A DNA stretch of 64,000 bases from an uncultured Gemmatimonadales bacterium (GCA_963816355.1 CAWFKH010000004.1:128001-192000), one strand, 5' to 3'; numbered from the stretch's first letter, positions 20,097-29,243 are shown. Program-made: numbers and translations. Notes: generated from the letters alone by a model not told the origin.

Positions 20097-21638
20097 TCAG
20101 ATGCCTGCGCCCGTCACGTCGAAGCGCGGGTCGTTCGCCGCGGGGCAGCTCGAGTCCGGAAGCGAGCCGACAATGTAGGCCGCATTCGCGTCGGAGCGCG
20201 ACGCGTCCGGACCGAACTCGCCGCCGCCCTTGATGCTGAAGGTGTGCTCGCCCGGCTGCACGCCCACCTCCGCGATCGTGATCCGCGTCCACTGCGCGCC
20301 GTCCTTCGTGTAGGGCGCGCAGAAGACGTACGCGGTCTCGCCGGACGTGCCGGCGGTGCCGTCGAGCGGCGCCGAGCAGGTGCCGTTCGCGTTCACCGTG
20401 AAGTCCTTGAAGAGCTGCAGCGTGCCGGGCGAGCCGTCCTGCCGCGTGCGCGACGTGTAGCGCATGCTCGAGGCGGCGCTCACCCTCGCCTCGAACCACG
20501 CCGAGAAGCGCGTCAGGTCAGGCGAGAGCGACAGCACGTCGGCGGACCAGCCGTAGTGGACCGTGGTGATGTCGATCGTCTTGCCGTCGTTCGGCGCGTC
20601 CTCCGCCGCCTGGATCGAGCACGTCAACGGCTCCAGGAACGTCGCGCCCGAGCCGAGCACGTGTGAGGCGCCCGCCGCGTGGTGAAACGTGATCACCTGA
20701 TAGAACGCCTCCGCGCTGCCGAACTCGTCCGAACCGTTCTCGCCCGGATAGAGCACCTCGACGAAGTACTCCCCGTCACCGGCGGGCGCGGGAAGCTGGA
20801 ACGACGTCGCCGCGTTGATCTGAGCCACCCCGTGCAGGAAGCCGGCGAACGTCGGGGCGTCGAACGACCCGCGCGCCGTGTCGAACCACCACGGACGATC
20901 GGTCGTGGCCGCGCCCTTCGTCTCCAGCGGCTCGACCAGCCACGCGAAGATCGAGGCGCCCGTCACAGTGCTCACGGCGCCGCTCCAGCTCGCGAGCTGG
21001 ACCGTCGCCTTCGGATGCGCCGACACGCCCGCCAGCGTCAGCACCGTGGTCACCGCCGTCTTGTTCTTCACCTGGATCGCGGTCGGGACCGGCGAGGCCG
21101 ACGTGCCGCAGTACTTCAGAAGGCTCGCCTTGTTCGCCGCGGCCGACGCGTCGATGCCGGCGGTCACCGCCGCGCCTTCCTCCGGTGCCAGACCCGGCGG
21201 CGTCACGCCGAAGCTGAAATCGAACGGCGCCACCAGCGTACCGCCGTCGCCGTAGCTGTCCGCAATCTCGTCGAACACCTTCACCGGCGTCGTCCAGCCG
21301 CAGAACCACGCATCCTTGCCGTACGGCACTTCGAAGACCGCCGACCCGGTCGTTCCGGTCGTGGCGATCGCATACAGACCGTACGACCCATCGTCCGCCT
21401 TCTGTCCGATCAACTGCACCGGCAGGCCCGGCATCGCCGTGCCGTGGGAGTCGACCACGCTCACCGTGAGCGTCGTCACGTCGAGCGGGAAGGCGGCCGG
21501 CTTGTTCGCCTGCGGCGCGGCCACGTTCGGCGCCGACGGCTCGGAGGCGCGTTCGCACGCCGCCGCCGTCAGGGAAACAGCGATGAGCAGACCAGGCACG
21601 CCGGCGAATCGCCAGCGCGTCGAGCGGGGAGACACCAT
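20097..21638 (-). CDS. Hypothetical secreted lipoprotein
   Basis: Lipobox LTAAAC, GGAGG RBS, T/S/G-rich beta-strand-like composition, coding-like codon usage. Confidence 0.7.
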   Translation of the reverse strand: MVSPRSTRWRFAGVPGLLIAVSLTAAACERASEPSAPNVAAPQANKPAAFPLDVTTLTVSVVDSHGTAMPGLPVQLIGQKADDGSYGLYAIATTGTTGSAVFEVPYGKDAWFCGWTTPVKVFDEIADSYGDGGTLVAPFDFSFGVTPPGLAPEEGAAVTAGIDASAAANKASLLKYCGTSASPVPTAIQVKNKTAVTTVLTLAGVSAHPKATVQLASWSGAVSTVTGASIFAWLVEPLETKGAATTDRPWWFDTARGSFDAPTFAGFLHGVAQINAATSFQLPAPAGDGEYFVEVLYPGENGSDEFGSAEAFYQVITFHHAAGASHVLGSGATFLEPLTCSIQAAEDAPNDGKTIDITTVHYGWSADVLSLSPDLTRFSAWFEARVSAASSMRYTSRTRQDGSPGTLQLFKDFTVNANGTCSAPLDGTAGTSGETAYVFCAPYTKDGAQWTRITIAEVGVQPGEHTFSIKGGGEFGPDASRSDANAAYIVGSLPDSSCPAANDPRFDVTGAGI

Positions 21639-21813
21639 GAGATCGGACCTCCGGCTACCACCGGGCAGGTAAAAGGCAGCCGCACCCCCGGGGAGTCAGC
21701 GCGGCGGCCCTCGTCACTCGAATCGAGGGCGCGCCGTCCCGCTCCGGGACCCGACGCGCCCATGCTGTGTCGGAACGTGAATGATCAATGGATGCAGCGT
21801 AATGAATCGGCTG

Positions 21814-22992
21814 TCAATCCACCCCGCTCGGCGCGTCTCCGGCGCGCAGCGTCTCAGCGTCGCGAAAATCCCGAAACTGATACAAGCTCGCGAGACCGCT
21901 CGCGAGCTCCGCCTCGCCCAGGAATTCGACGGCGCCGGCGCGCGCGATTCTGGCGAGGCGGTCCTCGACGTCGAGCTCGTCGAGATGGAGCGCGGCGGCG
22001 AGGGCGGTGGAGTGGAAGACGTCGCCCTCGGCGGCGGCGGAGGCGAGCAGCGCGCGGTCGGCGGCGTCGAGGTTCGCGACCGCCGGCGTGAGGGAATGGG
22101 CGGTGGCGCCGAGGCGCTGGGGCGGCGCGTCGGCCCACCGGCAGCGGCCGCCCTCGCGTACGAGCAGGCCCTCCTCCTGCGCGGCGTCGACGAGACGCCA
22201 CAGGTCGGTCGGACGGCCTCCGCTCCGGCGGGCGAGCCACGCCACCCACGCGTCCGGGGCGGCGCCGGTCGCGGCGAGGAGGGCATCGCGGACCTGCGCC
22301 TGGCCGAGGGGCGCGAGCTTCAGGTGCGAGCTGTCGCCGCTGCGCTCCGCTTCGGCGACGAGGTCACGCATCCCGTCCGAGAGGCGGCCGGCGTCGCTGC
22401 GGGCGGTGAGGACGAGCAGCGTCCGGGTCTCCGAGAGGCGCCGGACGAGGGTGAAGCATCCGGCCAGATCCTGTGGGGGACCGCGGTCGGCGTCGTCGAT
22501 GATGACGAGGCGGTGCTGGCAAGGTCCGAACTCGAGCAGCGAGCGGGCGCCGGAGCGCTCCCGGCGTCCCGCCTCGGCGGCGGCCCGCGCCGCGGCGCTC
22601 CCGCGGGCGAGGGTCGCCGCGCCTGCGCCGCGGCGCCGCAGCGCGTGGGCCGTCTCCCAGAGCGCGTGGAGCAGATCGCCGAGGACCGGGATCACCTCGA
22701 GCCACTCGCCGGTGGTGCGCGAGAGGGAGCGCGCGATGCGGCGGTCGAGCGTGAGCTTGCGCGCGATCATCGGCCATGCGCCGCCGACAATGGCGGCGTC
22801 GACGTAGGCGGTGCGGAGGCGCCAGCGTCGACGGACGTCGTCCTGGAAACGGCGCACGAGCGCCGTACGCCCGGATCCCGCCTCGCCGGAGAGGAAGACG
22901 ACGCGGCCGTGACGGGCCCGGGCGGCGCTCAGCTCCTCGCGCAGGATCTGCAGCAGATCGTCGCGGCCGACGAGCGGATGCGGCGCTTCCAC
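21814..22992 (-). CDS. Short, degenerate AAA ATPase (NTPase domain only)
   Basis: LVGRDDLL, GEAGSGRT, LVIIDDAD, SGGRP, ASLYQF; start approximate. Confidence 0.7.
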   Translation of the reverse strand: MEAPHPLVGRDDLLQILREELSAARARHGRVVFLSGEAGSGRTALVRRFQDDVRRRWRLRTAYVDAAIVGGAWPMIARKLTLDRRIARSLSRTTGEWLEVIPVLGDLLHALWETAHALRRRGAGAATLARGSAAARAAAEAGRRERSGARSLLEFGPCQHRLVIIDDADRGPPQDLAGCFTLVRRLSETRTLLVLTARSDAGRLSDGMRDLVAEAERSGDSSHLKLAPLGQAQVRDALLAATGAAPDAWVAWLARRSGGRPTDLWRLVDAAQEEGLLVREGGRCRWADAPPQRLGATAHSLTPAVANLDAADRALLASAAAEGDVFHSTALAAALHLDELDVEDRLARIARAGAVEFLGEAELASGLASLYQFRDFRDAETLRAGDAPSGVD

Positions 22993-23021
22993 GTCTCGCC
23001 TCGCGGTGGGCTCAGGGGCCG

Positions 23022-23771
23022 CTAATGGCGTTGCCAGGAACCGTACATCGGGTTGGGCAGCACGATCCACGCGCGGCCGAACGGCTCGAGCCGCTCCACG
23101 TTCGCGCGCGCCGCCTGCGTCAGCGCCGGGAAGTCCTGGATGTTGTCACCCACGAACATCAACACGTTCAGCGCCGGCAGCCCGCCGCCCGCCGTGCCCT
23201 TCTCGACGGACTGGAAACGCGGATTCTTGTCGGAGGTCGACGACGGCTTGCAGAGCACGCGGTCGACGACGATCTCGAGCTTGCGGAAGTTCTCCTCCGT
23301 CGGCGGGCAGAGCGCCTCGTCACGGTTCGTCACGATGACGACGCGGCCGCCCAGCTCGCGCGCGAAGCGGATGAAGTCCGCCGCGCCGGGAAGCGCCGGC
23401 GCCGCGGCGTCGCGCACCCAGCCGTTCCAGCTCGCGGTGTCGAAGGAGGCGCCGGTACGTGCGAGGCCGGCCTCGTAGCTCGAGTTGTCGAGCACCGTCT
23501 CGTCGGCGTCCAGGACCACCGCCCACGTGCCCGGATCGACGTCGGCGGAGAGCTCTCGCAGGCGCGTCTCCGCCGTGCGGTACGCCTGCAGGAACGCGGC
23601 GTCGTGCTCGGCGGAGGCGCGCACCCAGGCGATCGCCGGCGGCGCCGTGGTGTCCGGCGCCTGCACGATCGGCGCGGGCGCCTGCGGCGGCGGCGGCGCG
23701 CACGCCGCGAACGCCGCGATCGCGGCGAGCGCGGCCGCTCGCCGCGCCGCGGACCGCACCGTCAGCGGCAC
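23022..23771 (-). CDS. HAD class C acid phosphatase / 5'-nucleotidase lipoprotein, e(P4) family
   Basis: Lipobox FAAC, VVLDADETVLDNS, VTNR, GDNIQDF, LPNPMYGSW; start approximate. Confidence 0.88.
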   Translation of the reverse strand: MPLTVRSAARRAAALAAIAAFAACAPPPPQAPAPIVQAPDTTAPPAIAWVRASAEHDAAFLQAYRTAETRLRELSADVDPGTWAVVLDADETVLDNSSYEAGLARTGASFDTASWNGWVRDAAAPALPGAADFIRFARELGGRVVIVTNRDEALCPPTEENFRKLEIVVDRVLCKPSSTSDKNPRFQSVEKGTAGGGLPALNVLMFVGDNIQDFPALTQAARANVERLEPFGRAWIVLPNPMYGSWQRH

Positions 23772-24394
23772 GGCCACACGGCCACGCCCCGCACGCCCGG
23801 CCCCGCCGGCACCAGGATGCCGACGCCGCCCAACGCCTCCAGCCGCACCGGCCTGCCTCGCCGCATCCGCTCGCGCAGCACCGCCTGCAGCGCCTCTGGC
23901 GTCTCGGCGCCCAGCGCCGGAAGCGCCACCTCCGCGCGGTACGGCGCCTGCCCCACGAGATCCACGTCGAGCAGCGCGCAGCCCGGCTCCGCGTAGCCCG
24001 CCGGCGACGCCACCGCCGACGCCGGCAGCGCCGCGTCGTACGCCGCCGCGTAGCCGTACGCCGGCACCGCGACCGGCACCGCGACCGGCACCGGCACGAA
24101 GAGGAGCGGCGCCCCCGCGCCCCGCCGCGCCAGCGGAGCGAAGCCCCGCCCGGGCGCGAAGCGGCGCCGATCGAGCCGGCCGCGGCCCGTCCCGACGCCG
24201 ATGCGGAACGGCCCCGCGCCGAAACCGTGGAAGCCGCTCCGCATCCCCCGTGCGGCCGGGAAGCCGTGGCCGGCGTGGCCGCCGCGGCCGGCGAGCGGCT
24301 GGCCGAGCCGCTGTGCCGACGCCGGACCCGGCCCCGCCAGCAGCAGAGCGGCGAGGAACCCGAGGGCGATCGCAGCGGTTCTGGTATTCGTCAT
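23762..24394 (-). CDS. Hypothetical secreted protein
   Basis: Signal peptide MTNTRTAAIALGFLAALLLAG..ASA/Q; GGGAG RBS; overlaps the downstream phosphatase. Confidence 0.5.
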   Translation of the reverse strand: MTNTRTAAIALGFLAALLLAGPGPASAQRLGQPLAGRGGHAGHGFPAARGMRSGFHGFGAGPFRIGVGTGRGRLDRRRFAPGRGFAPLARRGAGAPLLFVPVPVAVPVAVPAYGYAAAYDAALPASAVASPAGYAEPGCALLDVDLVGQAPYRAEVALPALGAETPEALQAVLRERMRRGRPVRLEALGGVGILVPAGPGVRGVAVWPCR

Positions 24395-24467
24395 CGCGAT
24401 CGTCTCCCTTTCCAGAACGTGGCGGCGCCGGTTCACGACGCGCCGATGAAACGAATGTAACAGAATC

Positions 24468-24495
24468 TTGCCGTCCCGGTGACGACCTGTACATT
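24468..24495 (+). promoter_or_regulatory. Putative sigma70 promoter
   Basis: TTGCCG-N16-TACATT in an AT-richer divergent intergenic region upstream of 24561. Confidence 0.35.
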
Positions 24496-24560
24496 GTCGA
24501 AGTACCGACTCCCCGGTCGGCCGCTTCGTGGAGGTGTCTCACAGCTCAGGGAGGACCGAT

Positions 24561-25085
24561 ATGCCCCGACGTGTCGGATCGTACACGCCTGAGGAGGTCT
24601 CGCGCTACTACCCCCGCCGGGTTCAGCTCCTGCTGCGCGACCATCGCCTCGTCGATGCGAACATCCACGTGCCGGAAAGGCAGCCGCTCAGCGTCTACCT
24701 CGCCACCCGGCACGCCTTCACCAATCTCACGAACGTCCGCTGGGTCGGCCAGGACAGCCGCCCGGCGCAGCATGTCGCGATCCGCTCCGACCACATCCTT
24801 TGGATCGCCTGCCTCGACCCCGACGTCGCCCTCTCCCGCCAGACCGGTCGCACGGAGCGTCTGCCCGTCGACGTCCTGCTGGAAGACGGCAGCATCATCG
24901 AGGCCGGACTCGACATCGCCGAACGCCAGCGCCTCAGCGACTACATCGACGCCGTGGACAGTGGCTTCCTGCCCCTCTTCCACGCCCACTCCTCCACGGG
25001 CGCCACCCTCGGCGACCTCGCCGTCAACCTGCAGGCGATCCTCGCCATCAACGAGGCCCCCGCGGAGGCGATGGCCGCAGCCTGA
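24561..25085 (+). CDS. Hypothetical protein with two tandem DUF6812-like repeats
   Basis: Two similar halves (QPLSVYL..FTNLTN..HVAIRSDHILWI and QRLSDYI..FLPLFH..DLAVNLQAILAI); GGGAGG RBS. Confidence 0.6.
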   Translation: MPRRVGSYTPEEVSRYYPRRVQLLLRDHRLVDANIHVPERQPLSVYLATRHAFTNLTNVRWVGQDSRPAQHVAIRSDHILWIACLDPDVALSRQTGRTERLPVDVLLEDGSIIEAGLDIAERQRLSDYIDAVDSGFLPLFHAHSSTGATLGDLAVNLQAILAINEAPAEAMAAA

Positions 25086-25258
25086 GCCGCCCTCCCCAGG
25101 GCCGCTACAGCTCCTTCTCGACGGCGGCGCGCCGGCCTGCCACGGCGCGCTCCCTTCCATCCGGCCCCGACCTTCGATTCACTCGCCAACCCGCTCCCCT
25201 TCCTTCGACCCGGTCCGCCACCCCGGACCGCCACCCCGGCCCGGAGCACCCTCCAACC

Positions 25259-25687
25259 TCAATCCGGCGCCGCTTCCTCCGCCACGATCCGCGCAGCCCA
25301 CGGACAGTACTGCCCCAGCGTGTTCAGCCAGTAGTCCAGGTTCGCCTCCACCGCGCTCGGCCGCCCGTCGCACACCTCCACCGACGCATCCGCGAACTGC
25401 ACCGTCGCCGGATCCATGTGCCAGCCGTACCCATCGTTGAAACCGCCGTCCCCGGCCAGCAGCCTCCCCGCCACGATCTTCTGCGACTCCTCACCCGCCA
25501 GGATCCGCCGCGCCTCCGCGATCCGCTCCCCGTCGCTCAGCAGAATGCGGAACCGCTCCCCCACCACGTCCACCACGTACACCGCCCGCGCCGGCGCCGC
25601 GGGCGACCCACCCCCGCACGCCGCCCCCAGCGCCATCGCCAACACCGCGGCGGCGACCAGCGAGATCTCACGACGCCTCTGGAACAC
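25259..25687 (-). CDS. BP74-related lipoprotein
   Basis: Lipobox LGAAC; GDGGFN..WHMDP....A..SVEVCDGRPS.VE...YCPW pattern. Confidence 0.65.
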   Translation of the reverse strand: MFQRRREISLVAAAVLAMALGAACGGGSPAAPARAVYVVDVVGERFRILLSDGERIAEARRILAGEESQKIVAGRLLAGDGGFNDGYGWHMDPATVQFADASVEVCDGRPSAVEANLDYWLNTLGQYCPWAARIVAEEAAPD

Positions 25688-25755
25688 GTGCCTTCTCCTT
25701 CGTGGTCATACCGCCCGGCCCGGCGGTCGCGCCGCCGGCTCTTGTAACATCTCTC

Positions 25756-25805
25756 TTGACACAATATCCGCCGGACGCCATTTGTATCTGTGAAGATGAT
25801 ACAAA
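25756..25805 (+). promoter_or_regulatory. -35 box and GntR(YtrA)-type operator palindrome
   Basis: TTGACA at 25756-25761; TTTGTATC-N9-GATACAAA at 25781-25805 just upstream of the GntR-domain gene. Confidence 0.7.
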
Positions 25806-25828
25806 CGGGGAGGGAAAGGAGCAAGGCC

Positions 25829-26761
25829 ATGAGGTTCAACTTCACGGACCGGTCCCGGCGGGTGCTGGCGCGGGCCTTGGAGGAGGCGGTGACGCGGCGC
25901 CACGCGCAGGTGGGAACGGAGCACCTGCTGCTGTCGCTGCTGCGGGAGGAGGAGGGGGTGTCGGCGGCGGTGCTGGCGGCGCTGGGGGTGGATTCGCGCG
26001 AGATGGCGGAGCGGTTGTCGTCGCGGGTCGGGTCGCTGTCGGAGAGCGGAGGCGTGGCGCCGACGACGTTGCCATACACGGCGGCGGCGAAGCGCGTTCT
26101 GGAGGCGGCGATGGGGGAGGCGAGGCGGCTGGGGCACGGCTACGTGGGGACGGAGCACCTGCTGCTGGGGCTGCTCGGTCTGGAGGCGGGGGCGCCGCCG
26201 GAACTCGAAGCGGCGGGGGCGACGTTGTCCGGAGCGCGCGAGGCGGCCGAGCGGATCCAGGGCGGCGGGGCGGAGGCGGGGGCGGAGCCGGGGGCGGGGG
26301 TGGAGGCGGGGGCGGAGCGCGGCGAGGCCGGCGAGGCGGCGGAAGGGGCGAAGCCGCGGACGCGGCCGGGGCGGAGCGATTTCCGGATGCGCATCGACGA
26401 CGCGTCGACGTCGTCGATCTACGAGCAGATCGTGGCGCAGGTGCAGGAGGCGGTGGCGACGAAGCGGCTGCGGGAGGGGGAGCGGCTTCCGACGGTGCGG
26501 CGGCTGGCGGACGAGCTGGACATCGCGCCGGGCACGGTGGCGCGGGCGTACGGCGAGCTGGAGCGGCGGGGCGTAGTGGAGACGGCGGGGGTGCGCGGGA
26601 CGCGGGTGGCGGCGACGCCGGCGGGCGAGGGGGACGGCAGCGCGACGGAGCTGGAGGGTCTGCTGCGGCCGGTGGCGGTGGCGGCCTTCCACCTGGGCGC
26701 GAGCGCGGGCCAGCTGCGTGCGGCGCTGGATCGCGCGATGCGGGGGATCCTGGCGCTGTAG
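25829..26761 (+). CDS. Clp N-terminal domain / GntR (YtrA-like) HTH fusion protein
   Basis: N-terminal FT.RSRRVL..A.EEA...H..VGTEHLLL twice (Clp-N repeat pair); C-terminal IYEQI..GERLPTVRRLA...TVARAY.ELE (GntR wHTH). Confidence 0.85.
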   Translation: MRFNFTDRSRRVLARALEEAVTRRHAQVGTEHLLLSLLREEEGVSAAVLAALGVDSREMAERLSSRVGSLSESGGVAPTTLPYTAAAKRVLEAAMGEARRLGHGYVGTEHLLLGLLGLEAGAPPELEAAGATLSGAREAAERIQGGGAEAGAEPGAGVEAGAERGEAGEAAEGAKPRTRPGRSDFRMRIDDASTSSIYEQIVAQVQEAVATKRLREGERLPTVRRLADELDIAPGTVARAYGELERRGVVETAGVRGTRVAATPAGEGDGSATELEGLLRPVAVAAFHLGASAGQLRAALDRAMRGILAL

Positions 26762-26838
26762 CGGCGGCGGCTTGTCAGACCCCGTGCGGCGGCGCATCTT
26801 CGCCGTCCCGAAGCCATCCATCCCGAGGGAGCGTTCGC

Positions 26839-29106
26839 ATGAAGAGGTTCGATCTCCTGCCGCTGGTCCTGTGCGCGCTGGTCGCGCCGTCCCACGCCCG
26901 GGCGCAGGCGACCTCGTCGCCCCGGCCGGGCGGCTCGTCTCCGGGGCAGGCGGCCCCTGCCAGCGCGGCGGATCTGGCGCGCTGGCAGCGTGAGGCGGCG
27001 GCGGTGACGATCGTGCGGGACGACTGGGGGATCGCGCACGTGCACGGGAAGACGGACGCGGACGCGGTGTTCGGGATGGAGTACGCGCAGGCGGAGGACG
27101 ATTTCAACCGCGTCGAGACGAACTACCTGATCGCGCTCGGGCGGCTGGCGGAGGCGGAGGGGGAGTCGGCGGTCTGGCGCGACCTGCGCTCGAAGATCTA
27201 CGCGGATCCGGACACGCTGAAGGCGATGTACGCGCGCAGCCCGGAGTGGCTGAAGCGGCTTATGGACGCTTTCGCCGACGGTCTGAACTACTACCTCCAC
27301 GCGCACCCGGAGGTGAAGCCGCGGGCGATCACGCGATTCGAGCCGTGGATGGCGCTCTCGTTCACGGAAGGCAGCATCGGAGGCGACGTCGAGCGGATCG
27401 ACCTGCGCCAGCTCTCGGCGTTCTACGGCGGCGAGGAGGCGACAAAGGCGGGCTCGGTCGGTGGGCGGGCGCCGGAGCCGCCGGGCGCGGCGGGCGGGCC
27501 GGCGCCCGAGCCGTCGGGCTCGAACGGGATCGCGATCGCACCGAAGAACACGCTGAACGGCCACGCGCTGCTCTACATCAACCCGCACACGTCGTTCTAC
27601 TTCCGCTCCGAGCTGCAGATGACGAGCGACGAGGGGCTGGACGCGTACGGCGCGGTGACGTGGGGCCAGTTCTTCGTCTACCAGGGGTTCAACCGGACGG
27701 CGGGGTGGATGCACACGTCGAGCGGCGTGGACAACATCGACGAGTTCCTGGAGACGGTGACGAAGAAGGGTGCGGGCTGGGTCTACCGCCACGGGAGCCG
27801 GGAGCTGCCGGTGCGGGAGCGCACGATCACGGTGCCGTACCGGACCGACGACGGCATGAAGGAGCGCACGGTCACCGTCTACTTCACCGAGCACGGCCCC
27901 GTCGTGCGCAGGGAGGGCGAGCGCTGGGTGACGGTGAGTCTGATGCAGGCGCCGATCGAGGCGCTGACGCAGTCGTACACGAGGACGAAGGCGAAGGACC
28001 TGGCGGCGTTCCGCAGGATCCTGGAGCTGCACACGAATTCCTCCAACAACACGGTGTTCGCTGACGCCGAGGGCCACATCGCCTACTTTCACTCCAACTA
28101 CATTCCGCGCCGCGACACCGCCTTCGACTGGACGGAGCCGGTGGACGGCAGCAACGTGGCGACCGACTACCACGGCGTGCTGGCGGTGGACGAGACGCCG
28201 AACGTTATCGACCCGGAAGTCGGCTGGCTGTACAACTCGAACAACTGGCCGTGGTCGGCGGCCGGACCGGACAGTCCGAAGCGCTCGCAGTACCCGGTCT
28301 ACGTCGAGCGCGGCACGGAGGAAACGCCGCGCGGCCATCACGCGCTGCGCGTCCTGCCGGGCCACGACGCCTTCACGATCAGCTCGCTCACCGCCGTCGC
28401 GTTCGACAGCTACCTGCCTGCGTTCGCGTCGATGATCCCGGCGCTGGTCACCGCATACGACGCGGCTCCCGCCACGAGCCCGCTGCGGGCGAAGCTCGCC
28501 GCGCCCATCAAGGTCCTGCGCGAGTGGGACGACCGCTGGGGCATCAACTCCGTCGCCACCTCCCTCGCCGTCTTCTGGGGCGAGGACGCGCTGCGGCGCG
28601 TGGCGCGGGACGCGCGCGCGGCCGGCGTCTCCGGCGAGACCTACATCGCGACGACGGCGCCCGCGGGGCCACTGCTCGATGCGCTCTCCGCCGCCGTCGA
28701 CCGGCTCACCGCGGACTTCGGCACGTGGCAGACGCCGTGGGGCGACATCAACCGCTTCCAGCGCTGGAACGACGACATCGCGCCGCACTTCGACGACGAC
28801 AGCGCGAGCATACCCGTCCCCTTCACCTCCTCCCGCTGGGGCTCGCTCGCCTCCTTCGGCGCGCGGCCCTACCCGAACACGAAGAAGTGGTACGGCACCA
28901 GCGGCAACAGCTTTGTCGCGGCGGTCGAGTTCGGCGACAGCGTGCGCGCCCGGGCGGTGACCGCCGGCGGCGAGAGCGGCGACCCGGAGTCGCCGCACTT
29001 CGACGACGAGGCGGTGCGCTACGCGACGGGGAATCTGAGGGTGGTGTATTTCTATCCGGGGCAGTTGGTGGGGCATGTGGAGCGGCGGTACCATCCGGGC
29101 GGGTGA
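26839..29106 (+). CDS. Penicillin acylase family Ntn-hydrolase
   Basis: IVRDDWGIAHV, YAQAED, GSNG nucleophile site, NPH, GWMHT, GGESGDP.SPHF.D. Confidence 0.92.
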   Translation: MKRFDLLPLVLCALVAPSHARAQATSSPRPGGSSPGQAAPASAADLARWQREAAAVTIVRDDWGIAHVHGKTDADAVFGMEYAQAEDDFNRVETNYLIALGRLAEAEGESAVWRDLRSKIYADPDTLKAMYARSPEWLKRLMDAFADGLNYYLHAHPEVKPRAITRFEPWMALSFTEGSIGGDVERIDLRQLSAFYGGEEATKAGSVGGRAPEPPGAAGGPAPEPSGSNGIAIAPKNTLNGHALLYINPHTSFYFRSELQMTSDEGLDAYGAVTWGQFFVYQGFNRTAGWMHTSSGVDNIDEFLETVTKKGAGWVYRHGSRELPVRERTITVPYRTDDGMKERTVTVYFTEHGPVVRREGERWVTVSLMQAPIEALTQSYTRTKAKDLAAFRRILELHTNSSNNTVFADAEGHIAYFHSNYIPRRDTAFDWTEPVDGSNVATDYHGVLAVDETPNVIDPEVGWLYNSNNWPWSAAGPDSPKRSQYPVYVERGTEETPRGHHALRVLPGHDAFTISSLTAVAFDSYLPAFASMIPALVTAYDAAPATSPLRAKLAAPIKVLREWDDRWGINSVATSLAVFWGEDALRRVARDARAAGVSGETYIATTAPAGPLLDALSAAVDRLTADFGTWQTPWGDINRFQRWNDDIAPHFDDDSASIPVPFTSSRWGSLASFGARPYPNTKKWYGTSGNSFVAAVEFGDSVRARAVTAGGESGDPESPHFDDEAVRYATGNLRVVYFYPGQLVGHVERRYHPGG

Positions 29107-29123
29107 GGCGGGCGACGTTGTGG

Positions 29124-29243
29124 CGGTCTGGGGTCTGCGGAGGCGGTCTGGGGGTGGGTCGGGGGTACGGGGGTCTGGGGGGGCGGCGGGGCTGCGCCCG
29201 CCGTGGTCTGGGGTCTGGGGTCTGGGGTCTGGGGTCTGGGGTC
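29124..29243 (+). repeat. Solo copy of the dispersed repeat arm plus (GGGGTCT)5 array
   Basis: 29124-29183 matches 3272-3329; heptamer array at 29205-29243; between convergent genes. Confidence 0.85.

Noticed and set aside
25702..26838. N-terminal 380-aa extension of the penicillin acylase ORF
   Set aside because: Overlaps the Clp-N/GntR gene in another frame; the real start with signal peptide and RBS is at 26839.
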